From: Mobula hypostoma
Lineage: Eukaryota
Direction: 5' to 3'
DNA length: 64,000 nucleotides
NCBI RefSeq assembly: GCF_963921235.1
Contig: NC_086097.1
Coordinates: 25,608,001-25,672,000, forward strand
The position numbers and the translations under genes were made by a program. Below, piece after piece: positions 26,864 to 39,375 of the stretch. The notes under the pieces were generated by a model. It saw only the letters and a list, made by a program, of their open reading frames with translations, searched no databases and was not told where the DNA came from. Within the stretch, counting starts at the first letter, position 1, and each line of letters starts with the position of its first letter.

Positions 26864-27574
26864 GTACCTCTTCCTATAGATGCTGCCTGGCCTGCTGTGT
26901 TCCACCAGCATTTTGTGTGTGTTGCTTGAGATTCTATTATTTTATTATCTTCATGTATTTATGTTTGAATTTTGTAATATCCTGAAATCTGTAAATAGGT
27001 GTACAATGTGTCATACTAATTTGCCTGTATATAAGATTTTGGCTCTCAAAACCTTTAAAACTGAGAAGGGTTGCCAAATGTACAGATTTATGTACAAATA
27101 ATTTAGCAGCAGCAGATAGGGACACAAAAAACTGCAACACGACGAAGGAGGAGAGAGGATGGATCTCTGCTTTGAAACAATGAAACTTGGCATGAACATG
27201 ATCAGTAATAGGAAGCATGCGGTGTGCTCTGAACAACTGTGGTAGAGGCCCACAAAAATATGCTCCAATCTCCTGCAGGAGTGGTCACATGGATAAACTT
27301 TACACCATTATTAATCACACATTGAGATTCATTACCGGTCCCACAGTTTTAAATCACAAAGTGTGCAGTTTGTGACCTCCTGAGTGATCTAGGGCTATCC
27401 TCTTTGGAGTAAAAGAGGATGAGAGGTGACTCGATAGAAGTGTACAAGATGATAAGAGGCATAGATGCAGTGAATGGCCAGAGACTTTTTCCCAGGGCAG
27501 AAACAGCTAATACGAGTCATAAACTTAAGGCATTACAAAAGTTCAAAGTTCAAAGCAAATTTATTATGTAAGTA

Positions 27575-27879
27575 TGTACCCCTTGCCCATCCTCTGGGTT
27601 TTCCCCCCTCCCCCCTTTCCTTCTCCCTGGGCCTCCTGTCCCATGATCCTCTCATATCCCTTTTGCCAATCACCTGTCCAGCTCTTGGCTCCATCCCTCC
27701 CCCTCCTGTCTTCTCCTATCACTTCTGATCTCCCCCTCCCCCTCCCACTTTCAAATCTCTTACTAACTTTTCCTTCAGTTAGTCCTGACGAAGGGTCTCG
27801 GCCCGAAACGTCGACCGTACCTCTTCCTAGAGATGCTGCCTGGCCTGCTGCGTTCACCAGCAACTTTGATGTGTGTTGC
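27575..27879 (+). mobile_element. PLE pseudo-LTR-only insertion (no inversion) with hammerhead at 27781-27816
   Basis: Matches 7490-7780. TSD TTTATTAT(G/C)TAAGTA at 27560-27574 and 27880-27894. Confidence 0.88.
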
Positions 27880-29187
27880 TTTATTATCTAAGTACATGTG
27901 TGCTACCTTGAGATCATTCAGAGGAATGTATGGGAGGATGACAAGTAATTTTTTTTTGACACAGAGGGTGGCAGTGTGTTCCATGCACCCTCCACTCTCC
28001 ATGCAAATAAATCTACTTCTGATACCCCCCCCCCGTATTTTCCTCCAATGACCTTAAAATTATGCCCTGTTGTATTAGCCATTTCCACCTTGGGAAAAGT
28101 CTCGGATCTCCCCTCTATTTATCACTCTTATGACCTTATACCATGTACTACCTTGAGATTCATTTGGGGGAATGCATAGGGGAATATTAGAGGCAGTTTC
28201 TTATTTTACACAGAGAATGGCAAGTGTGTAGAATGCACTGCCAAGGGTGGTAGTAAAGGCAGATGTATTGTGGACATTTAAGGCATATGGATGGAAGAAA
28301 ATTGGAAGGCTATGTGGAAGGGAAAGATTCGACTGATCTTAAGAGTAGGTTATAGAACCAGCACAACATTGTAGGCTGAAGGGCCTATATGTGTTTATGT
28401 TCAAACAGAGACACTATCAATGAAGGCAGATGAAGATGGGCACAAATTGATGACTGCAGATTTGAGCAGGGAAATGCCCGAGATATTTAAAGTCACAAAG
28501 AGTTGGTACACAAGGTACATAAACTCTGGGAACAGAGGGGAGAATAAATCAGACTCATGTGCCAAAAGGAAAGTGTTGAATGATGGAAAAGTTTATGCTG
28601 AAGAGTTTCACTACAATACAAAGTAACATTCCCCTCCACCTCCCATCCTTTGGCACAGCCCCAGATCCCCACTTGCCCATCTTTTGATGTTTCCTCGATG
28701 AGAAAAGTGAATTAAAAGCTGAAACACACTGATTGAAACAGTCCCTCACTTAATGTCTCCTGGCATAAAGGCTGCAGGAGTGACTTTGGTATATACTACC
28801 TGGCATAATGCCCCAAATAATGGAAGAAGCTGGTGACAAAGACTGGCATACACAATCGGATGACATCATTCAGCGCATCTCTCACTCAATGACAATGTGT
28901 TTTTCTCTGCTGTACTAAATGACCAAAATGAGTCAGAGCCACCCTCCGGCCAAAAGAATAAAAAAGCTCCTAAATGCAGCTGGCAAGAAAATACCCTCAG
29001 CGACAAGTCAGCATCTGGTTTCATTTACAAATGGTGCAGATGGAGCAACCAGAGCAAATTGTGAGTGAAACAAGCAAAGGCAATTTTCTCATGAAATCAC
29101 AGGCCATCAAATATTCAGCTGTCTACATCAAAAGAAGCAAACTGGAGCCATAGAGTTATACAGCACAGAAACAGGTCATTGAAACTT

Positions 29188-29965
29188 GCCAAGATGGCGT
29201 CAAGCTGCTATCTCCATCAAGGTCGCACCTCAGTTGTTTTTTCAGGTTTTGTTTGAGGTTTGTAGAGATGGCTTAGGGATAGAGAGGGCAGTTATGGGTC
29301 GGGTTACAGTTTATGGATGGGGATGTGAGGAAATTAGAGGACAGGTAGGAGTCTAAGCCTCTGCTCCACATTCAAAGGTGAGCATCGTGGACGTGGTTGA
29401 ATGTTGGGCTGGTAGACCAGCAATGACATTCGGGGTCCCACCATTGGCAAGTTCAAAGTTAGGGGCCTAGAGTTAAGGTCTGCATCCAGCAAATGTCATT
29501 CATTGTCATCGGCAAGTCCTGGGACAGTACCAAAAATGTAAGGGTTGATCAGAAGTCCAGATCGAAGTCCAAAGGTTGATCGGCTGTCCAGAAGTCAAGA
29601 CACGATGGCCAGAGCCTTGGATCTGCAAACTTCTGCAGGTCCACTGGAGAAGTCGAAGGCCTAATGTCTGCGAATCCATGAGTCCTGGAGTTAGAACACT
29701 GAGTATGTGTGTGGGTAGAGTGGTGGGAAGGAGGGAAGTACAGGTCTTGTTTTGCTGGTGTTCCTTTGTAATTTGGTACATTGTTTTGTTATGTGCTGTG
29801 TTGTTCTGCCAAACGTGGTTAGCATGCTATGTTGCTGCTGGAATGTACGGCGACATTTGTGGGCTGCCCTCAGCACAATCTTGGGTCTGTTGGTTGTTAA
29901 CACAAATGGCGCATTTCAGTGTATGTTTTGATGTACATGTGATAAATAAAAATGAGTCTCAATCT
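29188..29965 (+). mobile_element. Non-coding interspersed repeat starting AAGATGGCG with a LINE-like 3' tail
   Basis: The tail ...CATTTCAGTGTATGTTTTGATGTACATGTGATAAATAAA recurs at about 30380-30425 (+), 46470-46540 (-), 50735-50880 (-) and 57695-57735 (-). Confidence 0.5.
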
Positions 29966-32723
29966 GATCCAAGCATCTACCTGAGCTATAACATTTGCCC
30001 CTTTTTTCTCTGAGCCTTTATTATCCATGTACCTCTCCACTTTCTTCACAATATTACAACACCCCAATAAATTGCTCATTTGAACACGGAGAAAAAGCTT
30101 TAAAATGACCTGCAACACCACTCCAAGGTGAGGATGGCATGGTAGGACAGCAGTCAGCATAACACTTTACAATGCCAGCGAACTAGTTTCAATCCCCACA
30201 ACTGTCTATAAAATTGTACATTTTCCCCATGACTGTGTGGGTTTCCTCCGGATGCTCTGGTTTTCTCCCACACACCAAAGATGCATGTATTAGTAAATCG
30301 TGGGCATGTTGGTGCTGGAAGCATGGCAACATTTGCAAGCTGACCCCAGCACTTTCTCGGGCTGTGTTGGTCATTGACACACACAATGCAGTTAGCTGTA
30401 TGCTTCAGTATACATGTGACAACTAAGGCTAGTCTTTTCTCTCAGAGTTGTACAGCATAGAAACAGAGCCTTCAGCTCAACTCGTCCATGCTGTCTGGGC
30501 TAGTCCATTGGCCTACGTCATGTCGCAACTCCAAAACCAGGGGCTTTGGCCTGTGCAGAACACTAGCAGAAAACCACAAAGGATGGCTAGACTGGAGATA
30601 AAGAATATTACAGCACAGTATGGGCCCTTTAGCCCACAATGTTGTGCCGACCTCTTAACGACCTTCTAACCCTTTCCTGTTGCAAGAAGTATGAAATGTT
30701 GAGAACGGAGTATGAAGAAGCAAAGTAGTATGGATTCATTGGCTTCCCAGGACCCAAAATGCATCAGTGTGTGATTATAAACACAATAGATTATGCAGAA
30801 GCTGGAAAGTTTAAGCAACACACACAAAATGCTGAAGGTACTCAGCAAGTCGAGCAGCATCCATGCAGGGCATAAGCAGTTTAGATTTCGGGCCAATGAA
30901 GGCCACTCCTTAGATGCTGCCTGACTTGCTGAGTTCCTCCAGTATTTTGTGAGTGTTACTCAGTGGGTGATTGTATGTGCCCAGCACACAGTGATTAAAT
31001 AGTAAAAGTGAAGGACAACTCAAGACACCATTCACACACAAGCATGTTCGTTTTGAGATGCTGCGCATATCTGATGCCAGCACATACTTCCCTGTCCACC
31101 TCACTCTTCACAGCACTAAATCCATTCACTGCAAAATGTGATTTAACAATAAAAGACAGTTCCTATGTTTAAGGTATAATGGGTTTCAACTGCAGCTAAC
31201 ACACTTTCTGTCCAATGATCAATACTTAACTGCTAGGACCAGTAGTGTTACTGTTACTCTCCTGTCAGGTCAGAGGAGCTTAATATATAACACTGCAAAA
31301 AGATTTATTGACTCAAAGGTTGGCTTTATTACAATTTGACATTGCTTTAGTAACAAAGCTTGATATTTATAAAATTTAAACCGCAGCCTCAGCTCAAAGT
31401 TGAAAAGCTAGAAAGAAATTGTCAGATGTTTAGCTCAGGAACATTGGGTTTGATTGTGAGTGCCTTCACAATGTCACAACACTTATTAGTTCTCCATCTG
31501 AACACAAGGCAAAGACATAAAGTGACTGAAGGTGCCAAGCCCGGACAGTACAAGGACGGTGCGGGGATGGATAGCCTTGGAACTTCAATGATATGCTTCA
31601 TGTCAGCCATCCTGTGCATACCATCCAAAGAAAGGTGAATCAGTAAAACATCACCCTGCTGTTTGAAGCATTGTGTGATCACTGTACGGATGGCATCTAA
31701 ATTAAATGTTAGAAATTCACTGTATAAAATGCTGAAAGTAGATTTCACAGTACAATGTGTATTATAAATAAGATTTTTCTTTCCTACCCCAAGAAAGTAA
31801 CGCATTTTAATAGTGTCTGTTCTTTTGTGCAGCACCCAGCTGAAGGTGAGCAACAGACAGAAAATGAGAAACAAACATCCTCAATCCATATTTGGTCATT
31901 ATAAAGTGAGAAGGAACCCCCACTGACACTAGCTGCAAAGCAGCAAAGGTCTCTTATGAAGGCAAGGTGTGGAAAAAACAAGAGGAATTGGATTAAAGTT
32001 CCCTGAATACAGTGTAGTCAGGAAAGGAGAGTCATGTCAGCACTGAATAGGGGAATGTTCCAGTGCCAAAGAGAGGATATGCTGGAGCAATCAAAGGAAA
32101 GATATGCTTAAAGGGAAAAAAAAATCAGGGATGCAGTGATACCACTCCAAGTATTCAACAGGTACCAACTAGTGGAATGATGCTGAAGAACAAATTTACA
32201 GGGAATTACCAGTTGTGAAAATAATAGTGGATTTGAACTATCCAAACATTAGGTTGGGTTAGACCAATCAGCAAGGAAGTGGGTGGGATTGAGGGTCAGA
32301 AAGAGGAAGAGAGAGACATACAGAGAGAGGGAGAGAGATTCAAGATTGTTTAATGTCAGTTCCTGGACACAAGTGTAAAAACAACAAAATAATTGTTACC
32401 CTGGATCCAATGCAGCACAAAAAAAGAACACAATAATGATACTAAAAATAGAGGGCTATGCACTAGGGAAATTCTAGGCAGTTTCTAGAGTAGGTTACAT
32501 GGTTAGCGCAACATTGTGGGTCAAAGGGCCTGTATGTAATGTGCTGTAAATTTCTATGTTCTATGTTTAAAAAAATACACACAATATGAAGAATTAAAAA
32601 AGCTTACAATACCATCCAAAAGCTGTATGTATATATGTGCCTAAGACTTTGGCACTGTACTGTATATACATATATTGATCAGATTGACAACTGCAAATGC
32701 ACAATGGGAAGTCTTTAAAATGG

Positions 32724-32883
32724 AAACAACAGGAATACTGCAGATGCTGGAAATTCAAGCAACACACATCAAAGTTGCTGGTGAACGCAGCAGGCCAGGC
32801 AGCATCTGTAGGAAGAGGTGCAGTCGACATTTCAGGCCGAGACCCTTCGTCAGGTCTCGGCCTGAAACGTCGACTGCACCTCT
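32724..32883. mobile_element. Miniature fold-back PLE tail insertion (160 bp)
   Basis: The minus arm runs from the 3' terminus into the hammerhead, then a short plus arm follows. TSD TCTTTAAAATGG at 32712-32723 and 32884-32895. Confidence 0.88.
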
Positions 32884-33159
32884 TCTTTAAAATGGGATGT
32901 TTTAGCTAGTCTGGATGAGAGAGAAAGGTTAGGAAATTTAAACCAGGACTTCTTGGATCATCAAGAGAAAATTTAACCATGAAAAACTATCCATGCAACA
33001 AATGCCAGGTAAATAATTGGGAACAAGACTGATTACAGTAAGTTCAGAGAGAAACCGATATAAGTGAGGCAAGGAGAGCATGCGAAAGACAGGCAACAAA
33101 AGCAAAGGCCAAAAATGTGCCACAATACTTTAACACATAAAGGTCTGCATGAATAGAGG

Positions 33160-33400
33160 CAGAGCACTGAGCGTCATAGGAAGTTATTCTTGCCTATGGC
33201 CATCAAACTTTACAACTCCTCCCTTGGAGGGTCAGACATCCTAAGCCAATAGGCTGGTCCTGGACTTATTTCATAATTTACTGGCATAATTTACGTATTA
33301 CTATTTAACTATTTATGGTTCTATTACTAGTTATTATTTATGGAGCAACTGTAACGAAAACCAATTTCCCCCGGGATTAATAAAGTATGACTATGACTAC
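33160..33400 (+). mobile_element. 3' end of a Rex1/Babar-like LINE with (TATGAC)n tail
   Basis: RKLFLP.AIKLYN-like terminus, AATAAAG and TATGACTATGAC. Confidence 0.6.
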
Positions 33401-33589
33401 TCAGAGACCAAATAAGAAATTTTGTTATGAGGGCAGAGTGCTTATGGAGATATTAAATGTACATCTTGATATTGATATTGGTTTATTATTGTCACATGTA
33501 CCAAAACACGGTTTTACATTACCATCCATACTGCTAATTTCAGAAAGCAAGTACATCAAAGGTGGTGCAAAGAGAACAGCAATTTCAAA

Positions 33590-34206
33590 GCCTCTACTAT
33601 TTCAAAAGTCCGCACAGGTTTAGCATGTCATCTAAAACTTTGACAAACTTCTATAGATGCAGGATAGAGTATATCCTAACTGGTTGCATCACGACTGGGT
33701 ATGGAAACACCAATGCCCAAGAACGGAAAGTGGTGGATACCGCCCAGTCCATCACAGGAAAAGCCTACCCCACCACTGGGCATATCTACAAAGAACACTG
33801 CCACAAGAAAGCAGGATCCATCATCAAAGACCTCTACCATCCAGGCTCTCTTCTCGCTGCTGCCATCAGGAAAAAGGTACAAGAGCCTCAGGTCCACCAC
33901 CACCAGGTTCAGGAACAGTTCAACCATTAGGTTCCTGAACCAGCATGGATAATTTTATTCACCTCAACTCTGAACAGATTCCACAACCTATGGACTCAAT
34001 GTCAAGGACTCCACAACTCCTGTTCTCATTACTATTTACACAGTTTGCCCTCCTTTGCACATTGGTTGTTCGTCAATCTTTTAAACTGGTTAAAGTGTGC
34101 AGTTTTTAAATTGATTTTATTGCATTTCTTTGCCTCACAGAAAATAAATCCCAAGGTAGTATATAGTGACATACAGCATATGTACTTTGATAATAAATTT
34201 ACTTTG
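33590..34206 (+). mobile_element. Rex1/Babar-like 3' fragment
   Basis: ILTGCITTGYG and LLPSGKRYKSLRSTTTRFRNS. Tail AATAAATTTACTTTGA. Confidence 0.75.
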
Positions 34207-34362
34207 AAAAAGCAGAATTTGTTACATTTACAGAGTAAGTTCAGTGTGCAGATGGACAATAAGGTGTAAGGGCCATGAGCGGGTAAATTGAGTTCAAGGG
34301 TTAACATACAACATATGTTTATGGTACAAGATATCTGTTCAAGATCTTTTAACAATGAGATA

Positions 34363-34753
34363 CACTCAGTGGTCACTTTATAAGGTACAGGAAGTACCTA
34401 ATAAAGTGGCCACTGAGTGTATGTTCAAGGTCTTCTGCTGCTGTAGCCCATCCACTTCAAGCTTCAACGTGTTGTACACCCAGAGGTATTCTTCCGCACA
34501 TCGCTGTTGAGGCACATGATAATTTGAGTTACGGTTGGCATCAGTCTGAACCAGTCTGGCCATTCTCCTCCGACCTCTCTTATTAACAAAGCATTTTCAT
34601 TCATAGAAATGCTGCTCACTGAATGTTACTTTGTTATTCACACCATTCTCCGTACATCCTGGAGACAGCTGTGCATGAAAATCCCAGGAGATAGCAGATA
34701 TTTGCATTAACAAGCAGGTGCAGATGTGTACCTAATAAAGTGGCCACTGAGTG
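34363..34753 (-). mobile_element. Internally deleted Tc1/mariner element
   Basis: TA-flanked ~28-bp TIRs CACTCAGTGG(T/C)CACTTTAT(A/T)AGGTAC and a frameshifted transposase remnant (MARLVQTD...). An extra TIR copy sits at 34394-34419. Confidence 0.8.
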
Positions 34754-34767
34754 TAGAAGCTAACACG

Positions 34768-35801
34768 GAAACATAGAAAACCTACAGCACAATACAGGCC
34801 CTTCAACCCACAATGCTGTGCCAAACATGTACTTTAGAAATTACCTAGGGTTACTCATAGCCCTCTACTTTTCTAGTCTCCATGTACCTATCCAGGAGTC
34901 TCTTAAAAGACCCTATTGTATCCGCCTCCACCACAGTCGTCGGAAGCCCATTCCACACACTCACCACTCTCTGCGTTAAAAAAACTTACCCCTGACATCC
35001 CCTCTGTGGCCGGCTGGTGGCGTAGTGGCATCAGCGCCAGACTTCGGAGTGAAGGCTCCCGAGTTCAAATCCAGCCGGCTCTCTTGCACGCTTTCCATCC
35101 GTGCTGGGTGGAGCGTCGAGCTAACAACTCGGCCTCGTAAAAATAAGAAAGCCTGCTAAAAAAACGCCATCACGACGGCATCCCGATGACTCCACTCAGA
35201 GTTAATGGCTTTCTTCTTCTTCTTCCCCTCTGTACCTACTTCCAAGCACCTTAAAACTGTGCCCTCTCATGTTAGCCACTTCAGCCCTGGGAAAAAGCCT
35301 CTGACTATCCCTACGATCAATGCCTCTCATCATCTTATACACCTCAATCAGGCCACCTCTCATCCTCCATCACTCCAAGGAGAAAAGGCCATGTTCACTC
35401 AATCTATTCTCGTAATGCGTGCTCCCCAATCCAGGCAACACCCTTGTAAATCTCCTATGCACCCTTCCTATGGTTTCCACGTCCTTACTGTAGTGAGGTG
35501 ACCAGAAGTGAGCACAGTACTCTAAGTGGGGTCTGACCAGGGTTCTATAAAGCTGTACTATTACCTCTCGGCTCTTCAACTCAGTCCCACGGTTTATGAA
35601 GACCAAGTACCGTATGGCTTCTTAACCACCCAGTCACCATGCGCAGCATCCTTCAGTATCCTATGGACACAGACCCCAAGGTCCCCCTGATCCTCCAAAC
35701 TGCCAAGAGTCTTATCATTAATACTATATTCTGCCATCATATCTGACCTACCAAAATGACCCACCTCACACTTATCTGGGTTGAACTCCATCTGCCACTT
35801 C
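34768..35801 (-). mobile_element. CR1 3' fragment interrupted by a SINE
   Basis: MEFNPDKCEV and LVRPHLEYCAHFWSP motifs. Tail TTTTCTATGTTTC on the minus strand. Confidence 0.85.
35008..35223 (+). mobile_element. Young tRNA-derived SINE with (TTC)n tail
   Basis: A box TGGCGTAGTGG, B box GAGTTCAAATCC, CpG-rich. Exact 10-bp TSD TCCCCTCTGT at 34998-35007 and 35224-35233. Confidence 0.88.
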
Positions 35802-36499
35802 TAACCTTCAGCCTGATAGTACAATTCTCAAGCTTTTCTATCTTCTGCCTGGAGAAAAGAGAATGACCATGATGAGAGGGGTCTTTGATTATGCCGGCTG
35901 CTTATCCTAGGCAGTAATAGGGGATTCGATTGTAAGGGGAATAGATAGGCATTTCTGCGGCCGCAAACGAGACTCCAGGAAGGTATGTTGCCTCCCTGGT
36001 GCAAGGGTCAAGGATGTCTCTGAGCGGCTGCAGAACATTCTGGAGTGGGAGGGTGAACAGCCAGTGGTCGTGGTGCACATAGGTACCAACGATATAGGTA
36101 AAAAACGGGATGAGGTCCTACAAGGCGAATTTAGGGAGTTAGGAGATAAGCTAAAAAGTAGGACCACAAAGGTAATAATCTCTGGATTACTACCAGTGCC
36201 ACGTGCTAGTCAAAGTAGAAATAGGAGGATATCTTAGATGAATATGTGGCTTGAAAAATGGTGCAAGGAGGAGGGATTCAAATTTCTGGGGCATTGGAAC
36301 CAGTTCTGGAGGAGGTGGGACCGGTACAAACAGGACGGTCTGCACCTGGGCTGGACTGGAACCAATGTCCTAGGGGGAGCATTTGCTACTGTTGTTCAGG
36401 AGGATTTAAACTAATGTGGCAGGGGGATGTGAACAAGTGCAGAGAGACAGAGGGGTGTGAAATGAGGGTAGAAGCAAAAAGTAGTAAGGTGAAAAGTAA

Positions 36500-36721
36500 G
36501 CAACACACATCAAAGTTGCTGGTGAACGCAGCAGGCCAAGCAGCATCTATAGGAAGAGGCGCAGTCGACGTTTCAGGCCGAGACCCTTCGTCCTGACGAA
36601 GGGTCTCGGCCTGAAACGTCGACTGCGCCTCTTCCTATAGATGCTGCTTGGCCTGCTGCGTTCACCAGCAACTTTGATGTGTGTTGCTTGAATTTCCAGC
36701 ATCTGCAGAATTCCTGTTGTT
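36500..36721. mobile_element. Miniature palindromic PLE insertion centred on a hammerhead
   Basis: Perfect ~93-bp inverted arms around ...CTTCGTC CT GACGAAG... plus the 3' terminus. TSD TAAGGTGAAAAGTAA at 36485-36499 and 36722-36736. Confidence 0.93.
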
Positions 36722-38672
36722 TAAGGTGAAAAGTAAAGTGGCTGGCCGGCAAATCCAGGGCAAAAATCAAAAAGGGCCACTTTTCAACATAATTGTATAA
36801 GGGCTAAGAGTGTTGCAAAAGCAAGCCTGAAGGCTTTGTGCGTCAATGTAAGGAGCAGTTGTAACAAGGTGGATTGAATGTGCAGATAGTTAGTAATAGA
36901 ACCATAGAACCATAGAAACTACAGCACAGAAACAGGCCCTTTGGCCCTTCTTGGCTGTGCCGAACCATTTTCTGCCTAGTCCCACTGACCTGCACACGGA
37001 CCACATCCCTCCATACACCTCCCATCCATGTATCTGTCCAATTTATTCTTAAATGTTAAAAAAGAACCCGCATTTACCACCTCGTCTGGCAGCTCATTCC
37101 ATACTCCCACCACTCTCTGTGTGAAGAAGCCCCCCCTAATGTTCCCTTTAAACTTTTCCCCCTTCACCCTTAACCCATGTCCTCTGGTTTTTTTCTCCCC
37201 TTGCCTCAGTGGAAGAAGCCTGCTTGCATTCACTCTATCTATACCCATCATAATTTTATATACCTCTATCAAATCTCCCCTCATTCTTCTACGCTCCAGG
37301 GAATAAAGTCCTAACCTATTCAACCTTTCTCTGTAACTGAGTTTCTCAAGTCCCGGCAACATCCTTGTAAACCTTCTCTGCACTCTTTCAACCTTATTTA
37401 TATCCTTCCTGTAATTTGGTGACCAAAACTGAACACAATACTCCAGATTCAGCCTCACCAATGCCTTATACAACCTCATCATAACATTCCAGCTCTTATA
37501 CTCAATACTACGATTAATAAAGGCCAATGTACCAAAAGCTCTCTTTACGACCCTATCTACCTGTGACGACACTTTTAGGGAATTTTGTATCTGTATTCCC
37601 AGATCTCTCTGTTCCACTGCACTCCTCAGTGCCTTACCATTAACCCTGTATGTTCTACGTTGGTTTGTCCTTCCAACGTGCAATACCTCACACTTGTCAG
37701 TATTAAACTCCATCTGCCATTTTTCAGCCCATTTTTCCAGATGGTCCAAGTCCCTCTGCAGGCTCTGAAAACCTTCCTCACTGTCTACTACACCTCCAAT
37801 CTTTGTATCATCAGCAAACTTGCTGATCCAATTTACCACATTATCATCCAGATCATTGATATAGATGACAAATAACAATGGACCCAGCACTGATCCCTGT
37901 GGCACACCACTAGTCACAGGCCTCCACTCAGAGAAGCAATTTTCTACCACCACTCTCTGGCTTCTTCCATCGAGCCAATGTCCAATCCAATTTACCACCT
38001 CTCCATGTATACCTAGCGACTGAATTTTCCTAACTAACCTCCCATGCGGGACCTTGTCAAAGGCCTTACTGAAGTCCATGTGGACAATCTCCACTGCCTT
38101 CCCTTCATCCACTTTCCTGGTAACCTCCTCGAAAAACTCCAACAGATTGGTCAAACATGACCTACCACGCACAAAACCATGTTGACTCTCCCTAATAAGC
38201 CCCTGTCTATCCAAATGCTTGTAGATTCTGTCTCTTAGTACTCTCTCCAATAACTTACCTACTACTGACGTTAAACTCACCGGCCTATAATTTCCCAGAT
38301 TACTTTTCGATCCTTTTTTAAACAACGGAACAACATGAGCCATTCTCCAATCCTCCGGCACTTCACCCGTAGACAGCGACATTTTAAATATTTCTGCCAG
38401 GGCCCCCGCAATTTCAACACTAGTCTCCTTCAAGGTCCGAGGGAACACCCTGTCAGGTCCCAGGGATTTATCCACTTTAATTTTCCTCAAGACAGCAAGC
38501 ACCTCCTCCTTTTCAATCCGTACAGTTGCCATGGTCTCACTACTTGATTCCCTCAATTCCATAGATTTCATCGCAAACAACAGGAATTCTGCAGATGCTG
38601 GAAATTCAAGCAACATACATCAAAGTTGCTGGTGAACGCAGCAGGCCAAGCAGCATCTATAGGAAGAGGCGC

Positions 38673-38708
38673 AGTCGACGTTTCAGGCCGAGACCCTTCG
38701 TCAGGACT
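38673..38708 (-). ncRNA. Minimal hammerhead ribozyme (inverted arm)
   Basis: Minus strand reads AGTCCTGACGAAGGGTCTCGGCCTGAAACGTCGACT. Confidence 0.88.
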
Positions 38709-39375
38709 AACTGAAGGAAGAGTGAGTAAGGGATTTGAAAGCTGGAGGGGGAGGGGGAGATGCAAAATGATAGGAGAAGACAGGAGGGGGAGGGATAGAG
38801 CCGAGAACTGGACAGGTGATAGGCAAAAGGGGATACGAGAGGATCATGGGACAGGAGGTCCGGGAAGAAAGACAAGGGGGCGGGGGGGGTGACCCAGAGG
38901 ATGGGCAAGAGGTATATTCAGAGGGACAGAGGGAGAAAAAGGAGAGTGAGAGAAAGAATGTGTGCATAAAAATGAGTAACAGATGGGGTACGAGGGGGAG
39001 GTGGGGCCTTAGCAGAAGTTAGAGAAGTCGATGTTCATGCCATCAGGTTGGAGGCTACCCAGACGGAATATAAGGTGTTGTTCCTCCAACCTGAGTGTGG
39101 CTTCATCTTTACAGTAGAGGAGGCCGTGGATAGACATGTCAGAATGGGAATGGGATGTGGAATTAAAATGTGTGGCCACTGGGAGATCCTGCTTTCTCTG
39201 GCGGACAGAGCGTAGATGTTCAGCAAAGCAGTCTCCCAGTCTGCGTCGGGTCTCACCAATATATAAAAGGCCACATCGGGAGCACCGGACGCAGTATATC
39301 ACCCCAGTCGACTCACAGGTGAAGTGGTGCCTCACCTGGAAGGACTGTTTGGGGCCCTGAATGGTGGTAAGGGAG

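Larger units (their letters stand above)
25775..26928. mobile_element. Fold-back PLE insertion (second subfamily): minus arm 25777-26447 and plus arm 26448-26928
   Basis: Both arms cover the GIY-YIG C-terminus and pseudo-LTR. TSD AGATTCTATTATTT at 25761-25774 and 26929-26942. Confidence 0.92.

Noticed and set aside
35008..35080. Functional tRNA gene
   Set aside because: No canonical anticodon or T stems; followed by a body, a TTC tail and a TSD, so it is a SINE head.
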